Below, one piece after another: positions 9,359 to 19,152 of a DNA stretch of 64,000 bases; positions within the stretch are counted from its first letter, which is position 1; every line of letters starts with the position of its first letter. The notes beneath the pieces are model-generated. The model was not told the origin of the DNA, did not search any database, and saw nothing but the letters and a program-made list of their open reading frames with translations. The stretch is from an uncultured Verrucomicrobiales bacterium. Lineage in GTDB: Bacteria; Verrucomicrobiota; Verrucomicrobiia; Verrucomicrobiales; CAZUPP01. Where the stretch lies: the NCBI GenBank assembly GCA_964622095.1, contig CAZUPP010000009.1, positions 63,932-127,931 of the forward strand, in the 5' to 3' direction. Both the position numbers and the translations under genes were made by a program.

Positions 9359-10306
9359 TTAGAACCCCATCGTCCGCTTGCGTTCATGTTCTTTGAGGAC
9401 CATGCGCAGATATTCGCCGTAGCTGCTCTTGGCCACCGGCTCGATGAGCTGCTGGAATTGGGCTTCATCGATAAATCCACGCTGAAGGGCGATTTCCTCA
9501 ATGCACCCGATTTTCAGACCCTGACGCCGTTCGATCGCGGCGATGTAAGCGGCGGCATCCATCAGGCTGTCCGGCGTGCCAGTATCAAGCCATGCGACCC
9601 CCCGGCCGAGGGGCTCGACAAAAAGTTGTTCGCGCCGCAGATAGGCCATGTTGACATCAGTGATTTCCAGCTCGCCGCGGGCGGAGGGTTTCTGCCGGCG
9701 GGTCAGCGGCACGATTTGTTCATCATACACGTATAGGCCGGGCACGGCGAAATGACTGCGGGGCTCTGATGGTTTTTCAACGATAGATAGGGCCCGGCCG
9801 TCGGGGCCAAATTCCACCACCCCATAACGCTCCGGGTCGCTGACCTGATAGCCAAAGACACAGGCACCTTCCGATCGCTGAAGGGCGCGGTAAAAGAAAT
9901 CGAGCTTTCCGTAAAATAAATTATCGCCCAGAATCAGAACACAACCCTGCCCGGCCAGAAAATCCTCCCCGATCAGAAAAGCCTGTGCGATGCCTTCCGG
10001 TTTCGGTTGCTCCTGATATTCAATCTGCAATCCCAGCTGCCGGCCATCACCAAATAGTTCGCGAAACATGGGCAGATCTTTTGGCGTGGAAATAATGAGA
10101 ATCTCCCGGATACCGCCGAGCATGAGCACGGCGAGCGGATAATAGATCATTGGCTTGTCATAAAGCGGGAGGAGCTGCTTGCAGACGATGCGGGTCAGCG
10201 GATAAAGCCGGGTGCCCGCGCCTCCGGCGAGGATAATGCCTTTGCGCGAGGGCCCTTGCCGGGCTGCGAGATATTCAGGGTCAGTCGGGTGTGCTGCGTC
10301 CGCCAT
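9359..10306 (-). CDS. rfbA: glucose-1-phosphate thymidylyltransferase
   Basis: KGIILAGGAGTRLYPLTRIVCKQLLPLYDKPMIYYPL...ILGDN...EKP is the RmlA signature. It has an N-terminal extension of about 20 aa. Confidence 0.9.
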   Translation of the reverse strand: MADAAHPTDPEYLAARQGPSRKGIILAGGAGTRLYPLTRIVCKQLLPLYDKPMIYYPLAVLMLGGIREILIISTPKDLPMFRELFGDGRQLGLQIEYQEQPKPEGIAQAFLIGEDFLAGQGCVLILGDNLFYGKLDFFYRALQRSEGACVFGYQVSDPERYGVVEFGPDGRALSIVEKPSEPRSHFAVPGLYVYDEQIVPLTRRQKPSARGELEITDVNMAYLRREQLFVEPLGRGVAWLDTGTPDSLMDAAAYIAAIERRQGLKIGCIEEIALQRGFIDEAQFQQLIEPVAKSSYGEYLRMVLKEHERKRTMGF

Positions 10307-10343
10307 GGGCGGGTTGCATGCCGCAAAAGCGGGCCGGGGTCAA

Positions 10344-12266
10344 TCAATCCCGCGCCAGGTATTGGGGGCGGGTATAGGTGGCGCCGGAGGCTTCGAGGTC
10401 ATCCAGCCACTCCCTCAGGCGCGAGCTGGGTTCCCATGCGCCGGAAACGGCGGTCTCCTCCGCCAGGGCCCGGCCAAGCGCGTAGCCCTGCTCATCAATG
10501 GCCTGGCGCCGGGCTTCCGGATCAACCATGACGGCGCGTTCGTCATCCAGACCAATCGCCGGGATGAGCACGAGATTTGCCGGGTGATTGGCCAGTTCCG
10601 GGGCGATGTGCTCCGGCATGGCGCGAACGGCTTCGAGCGTCTCACCGCTTAGTCCGCCGCCCCGCACAATCCGCGGACGCTGACCGGCGGCGAGCGCCTG
10701 CAGATTTTCTTCCAGCTCAAAGATCCCCAGCTTCTGCGCGGCGTGATACTGCTCCAGCAGATTGGCGCGCTCCGTCAGAGGGGCATCGACCCAGCCGCGT
10801 GGCACCCGGATTTCCCCGGCGGGAATGGCCGCATCCCGCGCCTGATAGAGGTGCTCAAGGTAAGCGCGCAGGTCATAGCCCGCGCTCTCCGCCTCGTGCA
10901 TGCGGTAAAGCAGGCGCCAGATCCAGTCGTTCAGCGCCCATTCCTCAGCCGGCAGCCGGGCCAGATCGTCCGGGGCGATGAGATCGCTTCCGGCGCGAGC
11001 CAACTCTTTCAGGCTGTTCGCGGCCGCAAGATAGGTTTCGGAAGCTGCGCGTTTTTCATCGAGGATCGCGTGGCCGTTTTTGAAGAGTTTGCCGCCTTCA
11101 TTAAGCAGTCCGTTGACGAGCGCTTCTTTCTCCTCATCCGGGCTGAACTCTTCGGACACCACAAACGCATTGGACAGCTCGCCCATCTGATCCGCGCGGC
11201 GGACGACGGTGAGGAGGCGCTTCATCTCCACGAGCTTCTTCAGCTCGGTCACACCGGCCAGACGATCCCATTCCACGATGAGCACGAGCAGCTCAACGGC
11301 GGCTCGAGCGCTCACCTCGCCGATGGTCAAGTTATCGAGACTCTTTTTGGACTGCTCCAATCGCAACACTCCGGACGAAACGAGGCCCTGGCGGCGGGCC
11401 ACTTCTTCCCGGCGGTCCGCCCAGTATGCGGCCCAGACAATCTCGGCATCCTCAATCAGGTTGGCCTTGCCACGGGCACAGCGCCAAAGGTAATCGACCC
11501 CGCCTGCGACCTGATTGCACGTTTCCCAGAGCTCGATCCATGGTTGTGTGGCTTTTTCGCCATCCACAAAGAACAGGAACGGCGAGGCCAGCAGGTCACC
11601 CACCGCGCTGAATAGTTCCTTGAAGTCCTGCTTGATGATATTGAGCTGATCCTCCGAGGCCTTCTGAACAGTCTCAATGTGGTCAGTGATGTTGACGCCT
11701 TCGCTGACGAACTGGGCTTCGGCGAAAAAGCGCAGAAGATCGTCCCGGGTGCCTAGAAAATCGAACTCCTCATGCGGCTCCACCGCGAGCCGTCCATAGA
11801 AACGATAGAGCGCCGCGCCATCTTCGGTCGTCCCGGGCAGACGCACGGCAAAGGTTTGGGCGGGATCAAAGAGTTCAGCGGCGTCCTGCTGCCAATTCAG
11901 GGAGACCGCGGCGGATTGCAGGAGCGGTGAGCGCTCGATGAGCGGCTCCTCCGGCGGACGCGCCGCGTGTTCGCGGAAGGATACCCCACCCTCGCGGGAT
12001 TCACTCTCGGCGTAAAAACCGGCTTCTTCCGTCGTGTCCCCGCGCGGTTGCTGGTCATCGCGCCAGGACCACCAGAGCCCGCCGCCGATCAGCGCCGTCA
12101 TCAGCGTCAGCGCCGTGATCCAGGGCCACCATCTCACTGGCTGCACCTCCTGGGCAGGATAGTCCTCAGCCGGCGGACGCGCCTCGGTTCCGCCCAGGCG
12201 GTGATCGTCCGGTTTGCTGAGCAATTGCTGGTTACGCTCACGGCGCAGTTGTTCAACCCGTTTCAT
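10344..12266 (-). CDS. orphan single-pass membrane protein (640 aa)
   Basis: ATG start. One predicted TM helix (WWPWITALTLMTALIGGGLWWSW, about residues 56-78) is followed by about 560 aa, mostly helical-looking, with no motif I recognise. It lies 37 nt upstream of rfbA on the same strand. Confidence 0.6.
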   Translation of the reverse strand: MKRVEQLRRERNQQLLSKPDDHRLGGTEARPPAEDYPAQEVQPVRWWPWITALTLMTALIGGGLWWSWRDDQQPRGDTTEEAGFYAESESREGGVSFREHAARPPEEPLIERSPLLQSAAVSLNWQQDAAELFDPAQTFAVRLPGTTEDGAALYRFYGRLAVEPHEEFDFLGTRDDLLRFFAEAQFVSEGVNITDHIETVQKASEDQLNIIKQDFKELFSAVGDLLASPFLFFVDGEKATQPWIELWETCNQVAGGVDYLWRCARGKANLIEDAEIVWAAYWADRREEVARRQGLVSSGVLRLEQSKKSLDNLTIGEVSARAAVELLVLIVEWDRLAGVTELKKLVEMKRLLTVVRRADQMGELSNAFVVSEEFSPDEEKEALVNGLLNEGGKLFKNGHAILDEKRAASETYLAAANSLKELARAGSDLIAPDDLARLPAEEWALNDWIWRLLYRMHEAESAGYDLRAYLEHLYQARDAAIPAGEIRVPRGWVDAPLTERANLLEQYHAAQKLGIFELEENLQALAAGQRPRIVRGGGLSGETLEAVRAMPEHIAPELANHPANLVLIPAIGLDDERAVMVDPEARRQAIDEQGYALGRALAEETAVSGAWEPSSRLREWLDDLEASGATYTRPQYLARD

Positions 12267-12528
12267 TGGTCTACACAGGGGCTAAGGATGCGTTCGATGC
12301 TCAAGATATACGAACTTCACAAAAGACAACGCTTCTCTATGTATCAGAGCGAGGGGCATTCCCTTGCGAAAAGTATAGACGGTGCTGATGTTCGTTTGTT
12401 CAGTTTATTAGTCATTTCCGTTTTCCAGGCGTCCCTCATCATCGTCTTGCGGTTAAGGAGGTTTCTCTTGGTAATCCCGTTGTATTTCAGACTGAGATGG
12501 AAAGGCTTAGGGAAGTACGAACTCTGGA

Positions 12529-14100
12529 ATGCTCAAGCTTTGCTTTTTAGGGTATCTGGTTCTTGTTTTTCCACTGTTTTGCGCAGATGGAAGATCATCC
12601 ATGGATAAACCCAATATTGTTTATATCCTGGCGGATGATATGGGATATGGAGATGTCTCGTGTCTGAACGCAGATTCTAAAATTCACACCCCAAATCTTG
12701 ATCGCCTCGGGCGTGAGGGGATGATCTTTCGGGATGCCCATTCCAGCTCTGCCGTCTGCACCCCGTCACGATACAGTATTCTCACCGGCCGGTACAATTG
12801 GAGGTCGCGCCTGAAGAAGGGTGTGACTTACGGGTATGATCATCCGGTGATTGAAGAGGGCCGGGAAACGGTGGCATCTTTTCTGGGCGGGCATGGATAT
12901 CGCACGGCTTGTGTTGGGAAATGGCATCTTGGCTGGCACTGGGCGAAAAAACCTGAAATAGACGAACCCTCAGCGCGTGAGCATGAGGCCATTGATTACA
13001 GCGCGCCGATTTCGGGCGGGCCTACTGATTGCGGTTTCGATTATTTTTTTGGCATGAGCGCTTCCCTGGATATGGCGCCCTATGTGTGGATTGAAAATGA
13101 TCTTCCTACAGCAAAACCGGATCGGATCATCGAGGCTAACGGGGGGCAGGGATTCTGGCGGGAAGGACCCATTGCACCAGATTTCACTCATGCCGAGGTG
13201 CTCGATCAAACCACCGAAAAGGCGCTTCATTTCATTCGTGAGAACGCTGAGGAGAAAAATCCGTTTTTCCTGTATTTTCCGCTCACCGCTCCGCACACAC
13301 CTATATTGCCAGGGCCGGAGTTTCAGGGTAAATCCGGCCTGAATGCTTACGGCGACTTCTGTCTGCACATTGATCACGTGGTGGGCAGGATTCTGGAAGA
13401 ACTGGAAAAAAGGAATCTTTCTGAGAATACGATCGTGATTTTCACTTCGGACAATGGTTGTTCACCTCAAGCGGATTTTGATGAACTTCATCGGCTGGGA
13501 CACCGGCCGAGCTACGTTTTTCGAGGTCATAAAGCAGACATTTATGAGGGAGGTCATCGCGTGCCGTTGCTGGTTCGTTGGCCGGAGAGAATTCGCGCAG
13601 GTTCGGTCACGGATGAAACCGTCTGTCTGATCGACTTTTTCGCGACGTGCGCGGAAATTCTGGGTGTCACCATCCCGCATGATGCGGCGGAAGATAGTGT
13701 CAGTAATTTAGGGCTTTGGGAAGGGAAGCAACTCGACCGGTCACTCCGTGAGGCGACCGTCCATCATTCCATTGATGGCTCCTTTGCGATTCGCGCGGGA
13801 CGGTGGAAGCTGGAAATGTGCGCGGGTTCGGGAGGCTGGAGTTACCCTCAACCGGGGGCGGAATCCGACGGGCTGCCGCCCATCCAGCTCTATGATCTGG
13901 AGGCTGACATTAGTGAGCGGCGCAATCTCCAAGCAGAACATCCAGAGATAGTGAAACGTTTGGAAGACCTTTTGACCGCCTACATTAAAAATGGCCGGAG
14001 CACCCCAGGACCAGCCGCGAAAAACACCGGCGGAACTCCATGGGATCAGTGCTGGTGGATGATGGACGCGAAAAAAACCGAGCCAAGTGCGGGTGAATAA
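12529..14100 (+). CDS. arylsulfatase-type sulfatase (Cys-type formylglycine), secreted
   Basis: Signal peptide MLKLCFLGYLVLVFPLFCADG. KPNIVYILADDMGYGDV and the CTPSRYSILTGRY (CxPxR) sulfatase signature are present. Confidence 0.9.
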   Translation: MLKLCFLGYLVLVFPLFCADGRSSMDKPNIVYILADDMGYGDVSCLNADSKIHTPNLDRLGREGMIFRDAHSSSAVCTPSRYSILTGRYNWRSRLKKGVTYGYDHPVIEEGRETVASFLGGHGYRTACVGKWHLGWHWAKKPEIDEPSAREHEAIDYSAPISGGPTDCGFDYFFGMSASLDMAPYVWIENDLPTAKPDRIIEANGGQGFWREGPIAPDFTHAEVLDQTTEKALHFIRENAEEKNPFFLYFPLTAPHTPILPGPEFQGKSGLNAYGDFCLHIDHVVGRILEELEKRNLSENTIVIFTSDNGCSPQADFDELHRLGHRPSYVFRGHKADIYEGGHRVPLLVRWPERIRAGSVTDETVCLIDFFATCAEILGVTIPHDAAEDSVSNLGLWEGKQLDRSLREATVHHSIDGSFAIRAGRWKLEMCAGSGGWSYPQPGAESDGLPPIQLYDLEADISERRNLQAEHPEIVKRLEDLLTAYIKNGRSTPGPAAKNTGGTPWDQCWWMMDAKKTEPSAGE

Positions 14101-15131
14101 ACAACTGACTTTTGACGGCCTGAAGGTCATCCCGTTTCAGCAGCGCCTGGGCACAGCCCCCTACGGCAAGGGGTTCCGGCAAGACACGCACTGGATCTGG
14201 TGCGGGTCCGTGGCACGGGACGAAACCGGTCTTTATCATTTATTTGCCTCGCGCTGGCCAAAAACCTACCCCTTTTTTCATGGTTACCTTGCAGCCTCGG
14301 AAGTCGTGCGTGCGACATCCAGAGATATTCTGGGCCCCTATCGTTTTCAGGAAATTGTCCTTCCTGCACGTGGCGCAGCGTTCTGGGATGGCCGGGTCAC
14401 ACATAATCCGTTTATCATCCGATATGGAGAAGAATATCTGCTTTTCTATATCGGCACGACCTTTGAAGGAGATTTGCCCGGGATTGAAGAAATGCACCGG
14501 ATGCGAGAGATATCAGGCGGTAACGGTCGAATCTTTTCGTGGTATGAATCAATTCGCATCGGGGTCGCAAGAGCCAGGAAACTTGAAGGTCCGTGGGTCC
14601 GAGATGATTCCCCGATCCTGGAAGAACCCCAGTCCATGTCTGACTCCGGACGGATCACTGCTGCTTTACTATCGCAGCAACAGTAAACTCGGCGTGGTTC
14701 AACAAAAGTCTCCCGGCGCATCGTTTGAGCGGATTCTCAACCGGCCGGTATTCGATCCCGGGGAAGGCCTCAGGCTTGAAGACCCTTTTGTGTTTTGGAA
14801 TGGCTCTTTTTATGAAATGGTCTGCAAGGATCTGACCGGCAAATTGACGGGCGAATTTCATGCCGCCGTTCACCTGTTATCTGAAGACGCCCTTAACTGG
14901 AAACCCGCACCGGAAATCAAAGCCTGGTCACGACAACTGCAGTGGGAAGACGGAGCGCGCACGACTCAGGCCAGTATCGAACGACCATTTATTCTGTTTG
15001 AAGACGAAAAAGCCAAAGCCCTTTTTGTTGCGACTGCGGACGGCCCGGGTCCTGGACAAGGTCGAGCGGGACATTATTTCGCGGAGAACACCTGGAACCT
15101 GGCTATTCCTTTGAAGGATTCGGCGGGATAA
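14087..15131 (+). pseudogene. beta-propeller glycoside hydrolase (GH43/GH117-like), interrupted by a +1 frameshift near 14610-14630
   Basis: ORF 14087..14686 (GTG start) reads ...WCGSVARDETGLYHLFASRW...GPWVRDDSPILEEPQS.. then stops. ORF 14244..15131 carries the natural continuation from about 14622: KNPSPCLTPDGSLLLYYRSN...EDPFVFWNGSFYEM...IERPFILFED. Together they give about 348 aa of one protein. The family assignment is tentative. Confidence 0.5.
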
Positions 15132-15226
15132 CCCCCCGCATGAATTCAGAATCCCGGAATCCCGATCTCCGTATTCCGAAGCAACCCGGCCGGATATGTT
15201 TCCTTTTATGGAAAATGCGCGGCCTC

Positions 15227-15877
15227 TCAAAAAGGCCCGGCCTGGTCGGCATGATTGGATTCCCCATCTCCGGTGCCATTCGGATCATTCTTCTTATCAT
15301 CGCGGGGAACGGAGCGTCCGCCGAAGGTCATGAGACCGCTGGAGTATTCTCGGCCGAAAGATTGCTGGAGGCTGACGACCTGGTAAAGGCCGCTGAGCAC
15401 TTCGGTTTCCGTAAGGGTCGAAAGCGGATGAATGAAAGCGGCGTAAAGGATGCCGTCACTCACGCCGTAGCGGGCATCGAGAGCAGAATGAAAATTCGCC
15501 ACAAACATGGCGTCCTTCTGCTCGGCGGTGACCTGGCTGAACTCCTGGATAGGTGCGACGAAGCGCATGCGGTTGTGTGATTCGTCAAAGACACAAAGGA
15601 TCGGGGTGCCTTCGAGATCAAAGCGAAACGCACTCCCAGCCGCCTCCACGTCTTCGACAAGGCCGGAGACAACTTCGAGCAGGCGCGCACCGGTCATGGG
15701 CTCGGCGGTTGGGCTTTTGCTCGGGGCTGCCTCGGAGTCAGGCTCAAGTTCAGGCTCTGCCGGGGCCGCAGGCTCCGAACGATCCGTCTCCACGGACGGA
15801 GAGAGGGGCGGTTCCTCAGCCCGGGCGGATGGAATGAGGCAAAAGCTGAGAAAGGCAAAAAGATAGAAGACGCGCAT
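15227..15877 (-). CDS. secreted protein with YbjN / type-III-chaperone-like core
   Basis: Signal peptide MRVFYLFAFLSFCLIPSARA, then an acidic Pro-rich linker. The core FRFDLEGTPILCVFDESHNRMRFVAPIQEF...MFVANFHSALDARYGVSDGILYAAFIHPL resembles the YbjN/CesT-like family. Confidence 0.55.
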   Translation of the reverse strand: MRVFYLFAFLSFCLIPSARAEEPPLSPSVETDRSEPAAPAEPELEPDSEAAPSKSPTAEPMTGARLLEVVSGLVEDVEAAGSAFRFDLEGTPILCVFDESHNRMRFVAPIQEFSQVTAEQKDAMFVANFHSALDARYGVSDGILYAAFIHPLSTLTETEVLSGLYQVVSLQQSFGREYSSGLMTFGGRSVPRDDKKNDPNGTGDGESNHADQAGPF

Positions 15878-15960
15878 CCTATAGCCTACCCTTGTCTGAA
15901 GGAACGAGCAAGCGCTCCGGGACGCCCGGGGCGTTCGCCCGCGAGAAAGCTGATTTCTTT

Positions 15961-16560
15961 TCAGGCTGCCTGGGCGAGATGCGCGCTGCGCCCACCGCTG
16001 CCGGAGGAATTGCGGAAGGCAAACTCCAGCTGGAGACCATCCGGGTAGGACCGGTCACTGCGGAAGAACTGCATGACGCGCCCGCAGTAATCTTCCAGAT
16101 CTTCGCCACGCAATTGAGCGGGCAGATGCTCGAGATCATTACCCTGAGAATCGCGGGCGATCACCTCCAGTTGAGCCTCCAGCCAGTAGCGCAGGCAGGC
16201 CACGGCCGGGGCCTGCGGATCGTCATGACCATCGGCGAGGCTTTCCGCGATATTGAAAAACGCCTGCACGCAACGGCCGGGCTGTTGGCGTTCAGCCACG
16301 AAGAGACGCAGATCAAGGAGGTCATCCGCGAGGTAGGGTTTGGCCTCGACGAGCTTGCCGATGATCTTATCGACATACCCGGCGGCCAGAAAAGGGCCCG
16401 GAGCAGCTACCGGCTGAACAGCCGGATGTCCTGCGGCAGGCGCGGCGGTGGAAGCGGCCGGGCGAGCACCCTGGTAGTTGGGTGAGGTGGATGACGGGGG
16501 CCGGTCACCGCCTCCCTTGGGGGCGGGCACCGGTGACGTATATGGCGGAACGGAACTCAT
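15961..16560 (-). CDS. hypothetical protein (199 aa), Pro/Ala-rich N-terminus
   Basis: ATG start and longest ORF at this locus. No motif recognised. It lies 83 nt upstream of the previous gene on the same strand. Confidence 0.5.
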   Translation of the reverse strand: MSSVPPYTSPVPAPKGGGDRPPSSTSPNYQGARPAASTAAPAAGHPAVQPVAAPGPFLAAGYVDKIIGKLVEAKPYLADDLLDLRLFVAERQQPGRCVQAFFNIAESLADGHDDPQAPAVACLRYWLEAQLEVIARDSQGNDLEHLPAQLRGEDLEDYCGRVMQFFRSDRSYPDGLQLEFAFRNSSGSGGRSAHLAQAA

Positions 16561-16766
16561 GCTGATTCAATCAAAGATGCTGATACTACACGACGCATCA
16601 GGTCTCTTATTATTCTCAATCGGGCCTGGTGCTCATTAACGAAAACTTGTGCAAGGAAGCGCTATAGCGATGAATTGCGGCTCGTGCGCAAGGCGGCGAT
16701 AGATTGGGCTGCATCCGGCCAAAGAACGCTTGACGGCAGGCAGCGCCTCATGACAATCTCCGCGCC

Positions 16767-17405
16767 ATGCCGAATGCATTTTCTATCGCTCTCAATAAAG
16801 CGAAGCTGACATGGAAGCATCGCAAAGCGCTCTTCAAGGCTTATAAATTTTACCTGCTCCAAATGGAGTTTCATGACTGGGAATGGGGCTCGGTCAAAGT
16901 CGAAGAAGAAAAGGGGCTGGCGCGCGCGGTGGAATTAAGCAACGCAAGCAGCGGGCCGCTCGTCGAAATCGGCTGTCTCTTCGGTCTGACGACCAATCTG
17001 ATCGCCAGCCTGAAGCCGCCAGAGAAGAAGTTCTACGCGGTGGAGAATTTCTCGTGGAACCCATTCCAGATTCCCACGCACAAACACCGGGTTTTTACAA
17101 AACGTGTCATGCGCCTGGGTATACAATTTCATAATGTGGAACTCTATGACGGGGACAGCGGAGACTTCTACAAGTCCTATGAAGGCGAACCGCCCTCGAT
17201 GATTTTTATCGATGCGGATCATTCCTATGAAGCCGTGAAAAACGATATTGCGCAGGCCAAGACGACCAATCCCCTCGTCATCGCGGGACACGACTATGAT
17301 CAGTTCAATAAGGGAGTCATCCGCGCGGTAAACGAGGCATTCGGCGAAGAAAACGTGGAGACCTATGGTAGTGTCTGGGTGGTGAAGAATGGCCAACATG
17401 CCTGA
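16767..17405 (+). CDS. class I SAM-dependent methyltransferase (Methyltransf_24-like)
   Basis: LVEIGCLFGLTT (motif I-like), MIFIDADHSYEAVKNDI and VIAGHDY are typical of this O-methyltransferase-like family. Confidence 0.7.
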   Translation: MPNAFSIALNKAKLTWKHRKALFKAYKFYLLQMEFHDWEWGSVKVEEEKGLARAVELSNASSGPLVEIGCLFGLTTNLIASLKPPEKKFYAVENFSWNPFQIPTHKHRVFTKRVMRLGIQFHNVELYDGDSGDFYKSYEGEPPSMIFIDADHSYEAVKNDIAQAKTTNPLVIAGHDYDQFNKGVIRAVNEAFGEENVETYGSVWVVKNGQHA

Positions 17406-17440
17406 CGATGCTTTCCATGGTGTTTTTAGGTCGAAAAAAA

Positions 17441-18091
17441 TCATTTCTTGGTTTTGACAGCTCTTTTTCGTTCGGGGAAGAAGGTGGTGCAGAATTCGCA
17501 GGTCATACCCTGGCAGCCGCGGGCGGTGCAGTGTTCCCGGCCGTAAAAAATGATGCGGAGATGAAGCTGGTTCCAGGTGTCTTCGGGGAAGAGCCGTTTC
17601 AGGTCTTTTTCGGTTTGGGCGACGGATTTTCCGTTGGTTAATTTCCAGCGCTGAGCGAGGCGGTGGATATGGGTATCGACGGGAAAAGCGGGCACGCCAA
17701 AGGCCTGCGCCATGACAACGCTGGCTGTTTTATGGCCGACCCCGGGGAGGGCCTCGAGTTCCTCCATGGATTGCGGCACCTGACCGCGATGTTGATCGAC
17801 TAAAATGCGGGCGAGGCCGGCGATGGCTTTGGCTTTCTGGGGAGCGAGCCCGATGGGTTTGATGATTTCCTGAATTTCCGCGATGGAGAGGCGGCTCATT
17901 TCCTGCGGGGTGCGGGCTTTGGCAAAAAGCAGGGGGGTGATTTCATTGACCTTCTTATCGGTGGTTTGGGCGGAGAGGAGAACGGCGATGAGGAGGGTAA
18001 AGGGATCGCAGTGATCGAGCGGGATAGGCGTTTCGGGATACAACTCCTCGAGGCGGCGCAGGATGAAGTCGACACGCTCTTTTTTGGTCAT
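17441..18091 (-). CDS. nth: endonuclease III
   Basis: Start taken at ATG 18091 (MTKKERVDFILRRLEELYP). LLSAQTTDKKVN, the HhH motif LPGVGHKTASVV, catalytic VDTHIHR and a C-terminal Cys cluster are present. The longer track ORF (to 18301) overlaps the divergent HDAC gene and is Pro/Ser-rich. Confidence 0.9.
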   Translation of the reverse strand: MTKKERVDFILRRLEELYPETPIPLDHCDPFTLLIAVLLSAQTTDKKVNEITPLLFAKARTPQEMSRLSIAEIQEIIKPIGLAPQKAKAIAGLARILVDQHRGQVPQSMEELEALPGVGHKTASVVMAQAFGVPAFPVDTHIHRLAQRWKLTNGKSVAQTEKDLKRLFPEDTWNQLHLRIIFYGREHCTARGCQGMTCEFCTTFFPERKRAVKTKK

Positions 18092-18120
18092 GGGCTTGAA
18101 GGTGAGCGGGATGATGCGAA

Positions 18121-19098
18121 ATGTCCACCATGGCTGGCGAAGCAAATCCGGAAGTGGCCCTGGTGATGAATGACCTGGTGCTGGGACATGAGACGGGGCC
18201 CGGACATCCGGAACGGCCGGAGCGTTTTGAGGCGATCCGCGACCGGCTGAATGGGGAAGGGCTGACGGAACGGATGACGAAGGTGGAAATGCGGACAGCA
18301 ACGGACGCGGAATTGCGCCGCGTTCATTCGGATAAATATCTGCACACGGTGGAGGAAGACATTGCGATGGGGCACGATGTTCTGCGCACGGGAGACACGG
18401 TGGTGAGCCCGGAGAGTGAAAAGATTGCGCGCTCGGTCGCAGGCGGCATTCTCAATGCGACGGATGCGATCTGTGAGAGCGGAAATCCGGTGAAGCGCGC
18501 GTTTTGCGCGGTGCGTCCCCCGGGGCATCACGCCACCCCGGAAAAAGGGATGGGATTCTGCATTTACAGTAACGCGGCCCTCGCGGCGCGGCATGCGCAG
18601 GAAGTTCACGGGCTGGAGCGGGTATTTATTTTTGATTGGGACGTGCATCATGGGAATGGCACGCAGGATTGTTTTTATGATGATGGGAGCGTATTTTTCG
18701 CGAGCGTGCACCAGCACCCGTGGTATCCGGGCACAGGCATGGCGAACGAGACGGGTGCAGGCGAGGGCAAGGGGACGACGGCGAATTTTCCGCTGCCCAG
18801 TGGTTCGGGCGGGGAAGAGATTGTGAAAAAGGCGCTGCAGGAAACGCTGCTGCCGCATGTGCTGGAATATAAACCGGACCTGATCATCATCAGTGCTGGA
18901 TTTGATTCGCGTGATGGCGATCCGCTGGGCGGGTTCCGGCTGACCGATGAGGATTTCGCAGAGATGACACGGATCCTGATGGATTTTGCGGAGAAACATA
19001 GTGGCGGGCGGCTGCTCTCTGTGCTGGAGGGAGGCTACGCGCTGGATGGGCTGGCCCGGGCGACGGAGGCGCATGTGCGGGCGCTGCTGGGGGAGTAA
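18121..19098 (+). CDS. histone deacetylase-family (acetoin utilisation/acetylpolyamine amidohydrolase-like) protein
   Basis: HPERPERFEAI, RPPGHHA, FDWDVHHGNGTQ and GGY match the class II HDAC/AcuC signature. Confidence 0.9.
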   Translation: MSTMAGEANPEVALVMNDLVLGHETGPGHPERPERFEAIRDRLNGEGLTERMTKVEMRTATDAELRRVHSDKYLHTVEEDIAMGHDVLRTGDTVVSPESEKIARSVAGGILNATDAICESGNPVKRAFCAVRPPGHHATPEKGMGFCIYSNAALAARHAQEVHGLERVFIFDWDVHHGNGTQDCFYDDGSVFFASVHQHPWYPGTGMANETGAGEGKGTTANFPLPSGSGGEEIVKKALQETLLPHVLEYKPDLIIISAGFDSRDGDPLGGFRLTDEDFAEMTRILMDFAEKHSGGRLLSVLEGGYALDGLARATEAHVRALLGE

Positions 19099-19152
19099 GG
19101 TGACGAGGACGGGAATACCCGTCGGCGCCGGTCAATCGTAGGTGTTACTGAT

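Noticed and set aside
18092-18301. A 70-codon N-terminal extension of the endonuclease III ORF.
   Set aside because: It is Pro/Ser-rich, overlaps the divergent deacetylase gene, and precedes a well-placed internal ATG (18091) that yields a normal-length Nth.
18088-19074. A 328-aa ORF exactly antisense to the HDAC-family gene. Similar long antisense ORFs occur at 1154..2020, 10743..11615, 27741..28637, 30026..30970 and 37212..38054.
   Set aside because: Their products are Arg/His/Pro- or Gly/Glu-rich and low in complexity, and have no motifs. The opposite strand carries clearly recognisable proteins in every case. Stop-poor antisense frames are an expected by-product of GC-biased codon usage.
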